Below the pieces are notes generated by a model. It was given only the letters and a program-made list of their open reading frames with translations, searched no databases and was not told where the DNA came from. From an uncultured Chloroflexia bacterium (GTDB lineage Bacteria > Chloroflexota > Limnocylindria > Limnocylindrales > CSP1-4), in contig CAVXPZ010000004.1 of assembly GCA_963763775.1 (NCBI GenBank), positions 656,467 through 720,466 on the forward strand: 64,000 nucleotides of DNA, given 5' to 3'. Every line of letters starts with the position of its first letter. The stretch's first letter is position 1. The translations under genes and the position numbers were made by a program. Below, one piece after another: positions 42,116-51,428 of the stretch.

Positions 42116-43443
42116 GCCGACCCGACGCCCTGCCGAGCCCGCCAGCAGCCGCCGCGGCGAGCAGCGTTCGGAGCTTCGCCAGGTGGTTCTGGCGGCCGCC
42201 CCGAGCGCACGGCGAGATCGAGGTCGAACGACGGGTCAGCTTCCTCGAGCTCTTCTCCGACCTCGTCTACGTGGTGGTGATCTCGCAAGCGGCTCGGGTG
42301 CTGGCGAGCGCCGTCTCGGTCCGCGGCTACCTCGAGTTCCTCGTCGTCTTCGGCGTCATCTGGGTCGCCTGGGCGAACGGGACGCTCTACTACGAGCTCC
42401 ACGGCCGGGAGGACGGCCGAACGCGGACGTTCGTCTTCCTCCAGATGGCGATCCTGGCCCTGCTCGCCGTGTTCACCGGCGAGGCCGCCGGCGCCACGGG
42501 CACGGCGTTCGCGGTCGTCTACCTGGCGTTCCTCGGCGTGATGACGTGGCTCTGGTATGCGGTGCGCCGACAGGACCGCGCGGAGTACATGGCCACGACG
42601 GCGCGCTACATCGCCGCGATGGTCGTCTCGATGGTCGTCATCGCGGCGAGCGCCGTCCTGCCGACGGATGCCCGGCTCGTCGTGTGGGCCGGGTTCACGC
42701 TGGGGTGGCTCGCGTTGATGCTCCTCTTCGGCCGGAACTCGCGGCGCAGCTCGGTGACCGGCATCGTCCCCACCGACGCCATGGTCGAGCGGTTCGACCT
42801 GCTCGTGATCATCGTGCTCGGCGAGGTCGTGGTGGGCGTGGTGAACGGGCTGTCCGGCGCGGACCACGACCCCATGACGCTGGCGACGGGGTTCCTCGCG
42901 CTGATGGTGGGGTTCGGCCTCTGGTGGATCTTCTTCGACGTGGGCGGGCGGCGGCTGCCTCGGTTCGACGGGCTCGCCGTCAATGCGTGGATGGCGGCAC
43001 ACCTGCCGATCGCCATCGCGATCATCGGCGCCGGCGCCGCGATGGTCAGTCTCATCGCGCATGCACACGATCCGCAGACGCCGGCGCCGACCGCGTGGCT
43101 GCTCGCGGGCTCGGTCGCGCTGGGCACTCATCGCGCTCGGCCTGATGACTCGCACGCTCGCCGACTACGGGCGTCACGTGGCGATCTACCGACCCCTGGC
43201 GTTCGTGATGGTCGGGCGCTGCGGGCGTGGCGCTCCTGCTCGGGTGGTGCACGGCCGACGCCATGGCTCCTCGCGCTGCTCCTGGCGGCGATCCTCGCGG
43301 CGATCTGGCTCTTCGCCGTCGTCCGACTCTTCAAGACCGGGACGTGGACCGCGTCCGGCGCGGTCGGGGACGGGGGCCGAGCCGCCAGCGGCGGTCTGAC
43401 GCGGGGCGAGGTACGTCCGAACCCGCCGAAAGGACGGGTCTAG
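42112..43443 (+). CDS. Low temperature requirement protein A (LtrA) family membrane protein, frameshifts near 43125 and 43225
   Basis: SFLELFSDLVYVV, ERFDLLVIIVLGE, GLWWIFFD, HLPI. Confidence 0.82.
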   Translation: MSRPDALPSPPAAAAASSVRSFARWFWRPPRAHGEIEVERRVSFLELFSDLVYVVVISQAARVLASAVSVRGYLEFLVVFGVIWVAWANGTLYYELHGREDGRTRTFVFLQMAILALLAVFTGEAAGATGTAFAVVYLAFLGVMTWLWYAVRRQDRAEYMATTARYIAAMVVSMVVIAASAVLPTDARLVVWAGFTLGWLALMLLFGRNSRRSSVTGIVPTDAMVERFDLLVIIVLGEVVVGVVNGLSGADHDPMTLATGFLALMVGFGLWWIFFDVGGRRLPRFDGLAVNAWMAAHLPIAIAIIGAGAAMVSLIAHAHDPQTPAPTAWLLAGSVALGTHRARPDDSHARRLRASRGDLPTPGVRDGRALRAWRSCSGGARPTPWLLALLLAAILAAIWLFAVVRLFKTGTWTASGAVGDGGRAASGGLTRGEVRPNPPKGRV

Positions 43444-43817
43444 CCGTCTACCCCCCGGCGGATCCGCTCGAGCTCGCGCCGGAGACGCTTGCTGGGTCGG
43501 CCCTCCCCGCGCGTGGGCGTGATGTTCGGTCCGACCACCGGCACCACCGGCGGACTGTGGTCCACGTAGCAGGTCTCGGCGACGGCGGCCCCGACCCGCG
43601 ACTCGATCGGCCGCACGACCTCGACGATCCGCTGGCGGTCCGCGATGAACGCCTCCACCCGATCGCCCGCCCGCACCTTCGTCGACGGCTTCGCCGGCGA
43701 TCCATTCACGAGGACGTGGCCGCCCTCGCACGTCCGGGTCGCCAGCGGACGCGTCTTCACGAGGCGCACAGCGCACAACCAGCGATCGATGCGCGTTGCG
43801 ATCCCGTCGGACGTCAC
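43440..43817 (-). CDS. S4-domain RNA-binding protein (Hsp15/HslR-like)
   Basis: RIDRWLCAVRLVKTR, KPSTKVRAGD, GRPSKRLRR. Confidence 0.88.
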   Translation of the reverse strand: MTSDGIATRIDRWLCAVRLVKTRPLATRTCEGGHVLVNGSPAKPSTKVRAGDRVEAFIADRQRIVEVVRPIESRVGAAVAETCYVDHSPPVVPVVGPNITPTRGEGRPSKRLRRELERIRRGVDG

Positions 43818-44477
43818 CGCTCGAACAGCCGCCAGTGTCCTTCGGAGACGACCTCCACCGTGCCGTCGACGACCTTGATCGCGGTCTCGTCATCGATCGC
43901 GTAGCCGGCCCTGGTCAAGCCCGCCGCCCATCGCTCGGCGTCGGCCGTGGTGTTCTCGGGCAGCTCCGGGTTGTCCAGGTGCGGAAAGATCTCGAAGTCG
44001 ACCAGGCCGAGGCCTTCGCCACCCGCCGGCCGGGTCCATGACGCGAACTCGTCCGCGACCGCGGGCGACATCACCAGGCTCCCGGCGCTGAGCCCCACGT
44101 ACACCAGGTCGAGGGACGGGAAGAGCTCCGCCAGCCCGGACTCGCGCATCCACCGGTCCAGGTAGATCGTGTCGCCGCCGTTGACCAGCAGGACGTCGGC
44201 TTCCTTGACCGCCGCCTGCCACCTCGCTGGATCGAGGCTGGGCAGCGCGGTGAGCTCGAGGACGCCGACCGACTTCCAGCCGAGTTCGGCCATCGGGGTC
44301 TCGGGCTCCTCGCCGGCGATGAAGTTCCACGCCAGTTCGGGACCGCCGCGCAGCGGGTAGCTCGCGGTGGAATTGACGAGAGCGCGGCACTCGGCGATGG
44401 GCTTGCCGAGCAACTCGAGGAGTGCGGCGCGGATGCTCGGCGTTCTTGATGCCCGCGGACGTGAGTAGCAGCTTCAT
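43814..44477 (-). CDS. Peptidase S51 (peptidase E)/type 1 glutamine amidotransferase-like, frameshift near 44438
   Basis: MKLLLTSAG, VNGGD, YVGLSAGS, IFPHLD, YAIDDETAI. Confidence 0.85.
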
Positions 44478-44604
44478 CGAAACTCCATGCAGTGATCGGA
44501 CAAGCCTACGCTGGAAGGTCCGTGCCTCGAGATACCGAACTGCTACCAGGCGCCGCAGACGGCGACAGTCCTCGTTGCCGTCACTAGCTGTAGGCTCCCG
44601 AGGG

Positions 44605-45811
44605 ATGAGCACACTCCTGCGGCGATACCTCGCGATCGGCACCGAGACGACCGACGACGACGACACCCGCCTTCGCAAGTTCCTGCTTCTGGCGGCGGCC
44701 CTGGCGATCACGCCACTGGCGGCGCTGTGGGGAGCGATCTACTGGACCGTCGGAGCGCCCGATGCGGCGGCGATCCCGTGGCTGTACGTGGTCATCTCCG
44801 TCGCGAGCCTGGTCGCGTTCCGCGTCACCCGGAGCTACCGCTGGTTCGCGATCGGCCAGTTCGCGCCCTACATCAGCCTGCCGTTCGTCCTGATGTGGGC
44901 GCTGGGAGGGTTCGTCTCGGGCAGTGCCGTGGCCGTCTGGGCTGGCCTCGCACCGATCACCGCGCTGCTCCTCGGACACCGTCGCGCGGCGCTCTGGCTC
45001 GCCGTCGGGCTATGCCGTTCTGATGGCCGCTTCGGCGATCGTGCCGACCCCGTCTCCGGCGGCCCTGCCCGGATGGTTCCAGGACGGCATGTTCGTGCTC
45101 AACCTGGGCGCCGTCCCGTTGGTCGGCTTCCTCTTCGTCCGAGTCTTCGCCGGCGATCGGGCTGTGACGCTGGCCACCATGCGCCGGGTCGTCCAGCACT
45201 ACTTCTCGCCCGACCTGGCCGAGGTACTCCTGGCAGATCCAGGTCGCGCCGAGCTCGGTGGCGAGATCGCGGAGGTGACGGTGCTCTTCGCCGACCTCGG
45301 GAGCTACTCGACGTACGCCGAGAAGCGGGCGCCGGCCGAGGTCGTGACCATGCTCAACACGTCCTTCGGGATCGCCCTCCCCGCGATCCTCGAGCAGGGC
45401 GGCTTGCCGGTCCAGTTGGCGGGTGACGCGATCATGGCCGTCTTCGGGGCACCGAAGCCCCAGGCGGATCACGCCATCCGAGCCTGCCGGGCAGCGCTGG
45501 CGATCCTCGAGCAAACGAATGACCTGGCCACCGGTCGCCTACCGGGTCCGCGCTTCCACATCGGCGTGAACACCGGCCCGGCCCTCGTCGGGAACATCGG
45601 CAGCGAGGAGTATCGGAACTTCACCGCGATCGGCGACACGACGAACCTTGCCGCCCGCCTCCAGGACGTGGCCAAACCCGGTCAGGTCGTCATCGGGCCC
45701 GTGACGGCTGCCCAGCTCGACGGCGCCTTCGAGGTATCGTCACTTGGATCGGTGACCGTCAAGGGACGGACCGAACCCACGGAGGTCTTCGACCTGCGCT
45801 CGATCGGATAG
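44605..45811 (+). CDS. Membrane-bound class III nucleotidyl cyclase, frameshift near 45010
   Basis: About 6 TM helices; VLFADL, AGDAIMAVFGAP, GVNTGPALVGNIGS, FTAIGDTTNLAARLQ, VKGR. Confidence 0.85.
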
Positions 45812-45843
45812 CGCGTCACAGCGGCCGGGCGCGGTGCCACGAC

Positions 45844-46644
45844 TCACAGCTCGATGTCGAGCGTGTCGATGACGCTCCGCGCGAGATCGAGGTCGGCCGG
45901 TGGCGTCCCCTCGTACGAGAGGATCGCGGCGATGAGCCGGGTGCCCTCGACATCGAGGATGTACAGGTGCCAGCGGTTGGCCGGGCCCTGGGCGTAGAGG
46001 CCTGGCCCGGAGAACACGAACGCATGGCCACCCGCGTCCGCAGGATCATCCTTGTGACAGGTCGTGAACGAGTCGTCCGGCAGCTGGAGCTCCAGCTCCT
46101 GGCCGGCGTAGCCGTCGATGGTGATCGGCGTCGCGACTGACGACGTGTAGAACGTGTTGGCGCGGAGCGCGGTCACGAGGTCGTCGACGGACGGACCGAC
46201 CGCCACGTCGCCCGGCATACCCGCCTCACCCGTGCCGTGCACGTCCCAGTGGCACGGGTCGCTGTACAGGCCGTTCGCCGAGAAGAACGCGATCCCGATC
46301 CCAGTCGGCGCGTCGGCGCGCACGGGTTCGGGCGCGTCCATCGCCCAGCTCGGGTACCCGACCCAGCCGTTCGGTCCCGTGGCCGCGACCGTCAGCGATG
46401 GCTTGTCCCCGATCGGCCGGAACAGGTACCGCCCACCGGTCAGGACGTCGGTCACGGGGCCTGGGCCTGACGTAGCCGGCGCCTTGGGTGCGGACGTGGC
46501 GGCGACGGGGGCCGACGTCGCCGGCGGCGTGCTTACCCGTGCGCTCGACCCCGGCTGCGGATCGACCACGCCGCCGCCGACGCAGCCCGCCAGCGCGACG
46601 ACGGCCACACCGAGGACCATCCCGACAGGCACGAACTTCTTCAT
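45844..46644 (-). CDS. Hypothetical lipoprotein
   Basis: Lipobox LAGC, S/T/P linker, YSDPC, ITIDGYAG, ILDVEGTRL. Confidence 0.75.
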   Translation of the reverse strand: MKKFVPVGMVLGVAVVALAGCVGGGVVDPQPGSSARVSTPPATSAPVAATSAPKAPATSGPGPVTDVLTGGRYLFRPIGDKPSLTVAATGPNGWVGYPSWAMDAPEPVRADAPTGIGIAFFSANGLYSDPCHWDVHGTGEAGMPGDVAVGPSVDDLVTALRANTFYTSSVATPITIDGYAGQELELQLPDDSFTTCHKDDPADAGGHAFVFSGPGLYAQGPANRWHLYILDVEGTRLIAAILSYEGTPPADLDLARSVIDTLDIEL

Positions 46645-46686
46645 GGCGTCCTCCTCATCGCGATCGCTTCAGGCGACCGGCTACGG

Positions 46687-48018
46687 CTATCCATCGGGAA
46701 GCCTTCCCCAGGAACGGTTCTCGCCGCCAGCGTCGAGGCCGTCGTACAGCACGACGGGGTCTGCGCCCGGGTCGAGCGGACGGGCGATCAGCGCCCTGCC
46801 CGGCCGCCCGCTGACCCATGCCGTGTACAGGAGCTCCTTGCCGTCAGGCGACCACGTGACACTGTCTGGGCGCCAGGAGACCGACGCGTCCGACCCCGGC
46901 ACGGGCAGATCGGGCAGGACGACCTCGGTCCCGTCATCAGGCGTCACGAGCACCACCACATGGGCTTCCGTCCCTGGCCCCCACATCCGCTGGTAGACGA
47001 TGCGATCTCCGGTCGGAGACCACACAGGACCGACTCCGTAGATGGCGCCGAACGGCCGACGGGTGATCTGATGACGCTCGCTGCCGTCGACCATGACCAC
47101 CCAGACCTCCTGGTCCATCGCGGCGCCGTCGCTGTTGCCGCGCTGGTAGGCGATCCGGCGGCCGTCCGGCGACCACGCCAGCAAATCGACGCCCGACGGG
47201 CCGACAAGCGTCCGCAGGCTGCCCGTATCGGCGTCGTACAGGCGAATGGATCCGTCGCGAAGCGACTGCCCGCCGACCAGATCGGCCTGGCCACTTGCGA
47301 TGGCGAGTTGCTCCCCGTCAGGCGACCACTCAAGGTCGGTAGCCAGCAGGTCAGTCAGGATGTCGACGTGGCCGTCAGCGACGGTTGCGACCCAGACCGC
47401 ACTTCCGGCTGCCGATCGATCGGGGTTGGCCGGCGACGTCAGCGGGACGCCGAAGGCGACCCGGCGACCATCCGCCGACCAGACGGCGCACGGCGGCGGG
47501 AACGAGCCGCCAACGTCGATCCGCAGAGACTCCGACGCGTTCCCGACGGCATCGAGGTCAGAGATGACGAGCGCGGCGTCGTGATAGACGGCATCGGCGG
47601 TCCCCGCGGCCTCGCCATGGGCGATTCGCTTGCCGTCGGGCGAGAACGCGGGACAGACCTGGTCCAGGCCGTCGGCGTCAGACCCGACGATCCGATGCGC
47701 GGCCTGACCCTCCCGAACGAGGTAGATGTCGCGCTCGACCCACCCGTTGGGACCTGCCGGGCCCGAGCCGGAGCGGGCGAACGCGAGCCACCCGTTGGTG
47801 GCGGGGCGAACGCCATCGTGGCGTCCGAGTGCCACCAATCCCGCCAGCAGGCCGATCAGCAACAGCGCCGTCACGGCGATGACCAGCACCAGCCGGCCGA
47901 CGGTCATGGGGGCGCGCACGAATGGTCGTTCTTCGAGGGCCAGCGTCGAAGGGACATACCCGGTCGTGAAGGGCGGGCCCTGGCGCAGGGCGCGCTCGAG
48001 GCGCTGCTCGTCCATCAC
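46687..48018 (-). CDS. Single-TM protein with extracellular TolB/PD40-like beta-propeller (putative anti-sigma/sensor)
   Basis: N-terminal EQRLERAL, one TM, repeats FSPDGKRIA/WSADGRRVA/WSPDGEQLA/WSPDGRRIA/WSPTGDRI/WSPDGKEL. Confidence 0.78.
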   Translation of the reverse strand: MMDEQRLERALRQGPPFTTGYVPSTLALEERPFVRAPMTVGRLVLVIAVTALLLIGLLAGLVALGRHDGVRPATNGWLAFARSGSGPAGPNGWVERDIYLVREGQAAHRIVGSDADGLDQVCPAFSPDGKRIAHGEAAGTADAVYHDAALVISDLDAVGNASESLRIDVGGSFPPPCAVWSADGRRVAFGVPLTSPANPDRSAAGSAVWVATVADGHVDILTDLLATDLEWSPDGEQLAIASGQADLVGGQSLRDGSIRLYDADTGSLRTLVGPSGVDLLAWSPDGRRIAYQRGNSDGAAMDQEVWVVMVDGSERHQITRRPFGAIYGVGPVWSPTGDRIVYQRMWGPGTEAHVVVLVTPDDGTEVVLPDLPVPGSDASVSWRPDSVTWSPDGKELLYTAWVSGRPGRALIARPLDPGADPVVLYDGLDAGGENRSWGRLPDG

Positions 48019-48557
48019 CAGCCGTCCTCGTTGCCGAGGCGTTCACGCAGCGTGGCGATCCCACGACTGGCATGGGTCCGGGTGGCGCTCGGGGAGATGC
48101 CGACGACGCCGGCGATCTGCTCGAAGGTCAGGTCGGCTACGTAGTGGAGATAGAGCACATGGCGCTGCCGAGGAGGCAGGCGATCGACGGCGGCCCAGAC
48201 GGCCACACGGTCAGATCTCTCCGGCCCGGCGTAATCGATGCGGTGCGGTGCGAGTCGGGGAAGCAGCAGCGAGAGTCGATCGCGCCAGCGATGCTGCTCC
48301 ATCGCCAGTCGGTACACCGTGCGATAGAGCCAGGCCAGCGGGCGCTCGATGATGGTGCCGCGCTGAAGCTCGCGCCAGAGCCGCAGGATCGCCTCCTGGA
48401 GCGCATCGGCCGCCTGCTCGTCGCTCAAGCCCAGGTGGCGCGCGAAGTCGTACAGGGCCGCTCCATGAGCGTCGTGGAGCTCGGTCACCATCGCGGCGTC
48501 CGCGGCGATCGGACTCGCTTGGCGACCGCTGGCCAGAACGGGCTGCAATCTCGTCAC
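48015..48557 (-). CDS. ECF RNA polymerase sigma factor
   Basis: AADALQEAILRLW, AWLYRTVYR, LPPRQRHVLYLHY, EQIAGVVGISPSATRTHASRG. Confidence 0.88.
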   Translation of the reverse strand: MTRLQPVLASGRQASPIAADAAMVTELHDAHGAALYDFARHLGLSDEQAADALQEAILRLWRELQRGTIIERPLAWLYRTVYRLAMEQHRWRDRLSLLLPRLAPHRIDYAGPERSDRVAVWAAVDRLPPRQRHVLYLHYVADLTFEQIAGVVGISPSATRTHASRGIATLRERLGNEDGW

Positions 48558-48559
48558 AC

Positions 48560-48590
48560 CCTATAGATGCAGGAACGGGGCAAACTGCCT
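48560..48590 (-). promoter_or_regulatory. Possible autoregulatory ECF promoter (leaderless)
   Basis: Minus strand GGCAGTTT...GCATCTATA immediately before the GTG start. Confidence 0.3.
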
Positions 48591-48669
48591 AGTCGATCCA
48601 GCGACGAAATCCTGCGCCACGCGAAACCTGGCGTCGATGGCCGCCGTCAGCCCTGACGCGTCGAGCCCA

Positions 48670-49005
48670 ATGACGACAGCAGCCAAGCCAGTAGCACTCG
48701 TGACCGGGGCGTCCTCGGGCATCGGGAGGGCAGCCGCGGCCGCCCTCGTCGTGGCCGGTTTCGAGGTGATCGGCACGGGCCGCAAGACGTCGGGTATCGC
48801 CCCGCTCGACAGCGTCAGGTTCCTCGACCTCGACATCACGAGTGACGAGTCGGTCAGCACGGCCGTCGGGCGCGTGATCGAGCAGTTCGGGCGGCTCGAC
48901 GTCCTGGTCAACAACGCGGGCACCGGCGCCGCCGGGGCGGCCGAGGAGAGCTCCGTCGCCCAGGACCAGCGCGTGTTCGATATCAACTTCTTCGGGCTCG
49001 TCCGA
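48670..49005 (+). pseudogene. Truncated short-chain dehydrogenase (N-terminal half only)
   Basis: TGASSGIG, LDIT, LVNNAG, NFFG, then homology stops; no YxxxK. Confidence 0.8.
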
Positions 49006-49135
49006 CCAGCTGCCCGAGTTCGCATCCGCGGTCCACGCCTACGAGGTCACCGAAGCGCTGACTTTCGTCAAGGATGGCCAGGTCCTCCCGCACTATCGGA
49101 CGTAACGGCCGTGCGGCCGCCGCCGATCGACGTCG

Positions 49136-49618
49136 TCAGGACCGCCCTTCGCTCGAGCCCAGGGTGACGAGAAGCTCGTCCAGCTGGTCGAACGACTCCC
49201 CCATCGCCTCCGCCGCCCCGGTGCCGGCGGCGTCGAGCGCTTCCTTCGAGGCATACAGCTCATGCATGACCAGCAACGTCTTGCCGCCTTCTTCCGCGAA
49301 GGTCACCGTCGTGACGGAACCCTCGTCGCTCTCCTCATTGGTCCAGACGAGGCGCGAGTGCGGTGTGACTTCCTGGTATGTGCCGAAGAACGCCGCCTGT
49401 GCGTCCCCGAGGGCGAACTCCAGACGGTAGCTGCCCCCGACACGGACATCCATCTCGCAGGAAAGCAGGGACATCCCCAACGACTTCGGCACCCACCACT
49501 GCCTGAACAGCTCGGGCTTGGTCCACGCCTCGAACACGAGGCGCGTCGGGCCGTCGATCGTTCGCGTGACGACGAGCTCACGATCGGACGTCCGCTCGAC
49601 CGTCGTACGGTTCTTCAT
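49136..49618 (-). CDS. SRPBCC/Aha1-like domain protein
   Basis: ELVVTRTIDGPTRLVFEAWTKPEL, MDVRVGGSY. Confidence 0.88.
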   Translation of the reverse strand: MKNRTTVERTSDRELVVTRTIDGPTRLVFEAWTKPELFRQWWVPKSLGMSLLSCEMDVRVGGSYRLEFALGDAQAAFFGTYQEVTPHSRLVWTNEESDEGSVTTVTFAEEGGKTLLVMHELYASKEALDAAGTGAAEAMGESFDQLDELLVTLGSSEGRS

Positions 49619-49628
49619 CTGGGCGACC

Positions 49629-49994
49629 TCACCCTCTGTCGTTGCGTGCATCGGTCTTCTCCTTCCGTTGCAGTTCGTCGACGACCTTGTCCAGTGCATC
49701 GAATCGTGCGTCCCAGAGCTGGCGGTGCTGCTCGATCCATGCCGTCTCGTCTTCGAGTCGGCGCGGGCCGAGCCGGCACGTCCGCACGCGCCCGGCCTTC
49801 TCCGTGGTGACGAGCTCGGCCCGCTCCAGGACGCCGACGTGCTTCCGCATCCCCGTGAGGGTCATGTGGAACGTCTGGGCCAGATCCGAGATCGATGCGT
49901 CGGCACGTCCGAGCTGCTCCAGGACGCCGCGTCGGGTGGCGTCCGAGAGCGCCGCGAAGGAAGCGTCGAGCTGGCCGCTCACATACTGAACCAT
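49629..49994 (-). CDS. ArsR family regulator
   Basis: LDASFAALSDATRR, KHVGVLERAELV, GRVRTC. Confidence 0.88.
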   Translation of the reverse strand: MVQYVSGQLDASFAALSDATRRGVLEQLGRADASISDLAQTFHMTLTGMRKHVGVLERAELVTTEKAGRVRTCRLGPRRLEDETAWIEQHRQLWDARFDALDKVVDELQRKEKTDARNDRG

Positions 49995-50002
49995 ACGGTT
50001 CA
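49987..50002. promoter_or_regulatory. ArsR-type operator overlapping the start codon
   Basis: TGAACC-ATAC-GGTTCA. Confidence 0.65.
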
Positions 50003-50171
50003 CTATACGTGGATGGATCGGCGAACGCAAGCAGGACTGCCGGGTGGACGCCTGACGGGCAGCCGCACTCGTTTCTATGCTCAGCGCCATGGTCGCCGCC
50101 TCGTTCGTCTCGCTCCACCTCGCCCGGTTCGATCACCTGCGGGAGGCCGGGCCGGCGGACGGACTGGCAAT

Positions 50172-50192
50172 ACACATGATGTCTGATGTATG
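50172..50192. promoter_or_regulatory. FadR/GntR-type operator
   Basis: ACACATGATGTCTGATGTATG upstream of enolase-family gene; related sites at about 52428 and 56822. Confidence 0.5.
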
Positions 50193-50237
50193 CTGAATCT
50201 GCCTGGGCGATCTCCGCACGAACGAAGCAAGGCGACG

Positions 50238-51395
50238 ATGAAGATCACGGGCTATCGCACGCTGCAAACGATCCATCGCTGGGGTCGCCCCGTTGGCGAC
50301 GTCAACGGGCACATCGAATCTGGTATCACCGAGGTTCCCTTGGTGATCGTGGACACAGATGAAGGTGTCAGCGGCGTGGGTATGGGTTCGCACCAAGACC
50401 TCGCGCGCATCTTCCCGGCCATCGAGGGCGAGGATCCGCGCGCGGTGACGGCGCTGTACGACCGCATGCTGGCGCGCGTGTTCAAGGCGAGCCATGCCGG
50501 AGCGACGTTCGGCGGCATCGGCACATTCGACATGGCGCTGTGGGACATCAAGGCAAAGCTTGCTGGTGAGCCACTGTGGCGTCTGCTTGGAGGCCGTGAT
50601 CGGTTCGTCGCGGGGTACGCGTCAGGGCTGGACATCGCCCTCGACGACGCCGAGCTCGCGCTCTTCTACTCCGACATGGCAGGCAGGGGCTTTACGGGCG
50701 GCAAGCTGAAGGGCGGCAGGGACCTTGCCACGGACCTTCGACGTTTGACGATCATCGGTGACGCGCTGCGAGTCAACACCCCGGAGCCGAGCCTCATGCT
50801 CGACGTGAACGAGTCATGGAACCTCAAGCAGGCGGTTCGCTACGTGTCCAAGGTCGAGGAGGTCCTCGACCTTGCGTGGATCGAGGAGCCGATCCGCCGC
50901 TGGGACGCGGAGGGCCATGCGCGGTTGAGTGCGTCGGTGAAGGCCGCGGTCGCCACCGGCGAGAACCTCACTGGCCTCGAACAGTACCGCCCGCTGTTCA
51001 AAGCCGGCGGCATCGACATCGTGCAGGCCTCGGCGACGTGGGGAGTGACGCACTTCCTGCGCGTCGCGATCGCGGCCCACAGTAGGGACCTGCCCGTGAG
51101 CCCCGTGGGCCTGACCGCGAATGCCGCCGTCGCGCATGCCGCGGCCGCCGTGCCCAATCATCTGACCGCCGAGGTGCAGGACGTGGGTTCGCCGTTCGGC
51201 GTCGCCATCGACCAGGAGTATGCCGACGGCGGGATCGTGCTTGGAGATCGGCCCGGGGTCGGAGTGGATGTCGACGAGGCGGCGATCGCGGCACTGAAGC
51301 ACAACGAGGCGGGATGGCACGCAGAGGCGGGTCCGCACGTGAGGCCCACTCGTGCCGGCTTGCGGCTGTCGAGCACCGAAGAGTCCGACGCGTAG
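50238..51395 (+). CDS. Mandelate racemase/muconate lactonizing enzyme family (enolase superfamily)
   Basis: DMALWDIKAK, PLWRLLGG, KLKGG, LDVNE, WIEEP, ATGEN, PGVG. Confidence 0.88.
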   Translation: MKITGYRTLQTIHRWGRPVGDVNGHIESGITEVPLVIVDTDEGVSGVGMGSHQDLARIFPAIEGEDPRAVTALYDRMLARVFKASHAGATFGGIGTFDMALWDIKAKLAGEPLWRLLGGRDRFVAGYASGLDIALDDAELALFYSDMAGRGFTGGKLKGGRDLATDLRRLTIIGDALRVNTPEPSLMLDVNESWNLKQAVRYVSKVEEVLDLAWIEEPIRRWDAEGHARLSASVKAAVATGENLTGLEQYRPLFKAGGIDIVQASATWGVTHFLRVAIAAHSRDLPVSPVGLTANAAVAHAAAAVPNHLTAEVQDVGSPFGVAIDQEYADGGIVLGDRPGVGVDVDEAAIAALKHNEAGWHAEAGPHVRPTRAGLRLSSTEESDA

Positions 51396-51428
51396 TCTCT
51401 GGTAGCGGACGACGCAGTCGCGGTCGCC

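Noticed and set aside
39019-45811. Pycsar/CBASS anti-phage system
   Set aside because: No adjacent cNMP-binding TIR/TM effector or CD-NTase; architectures look like sensory cyclases
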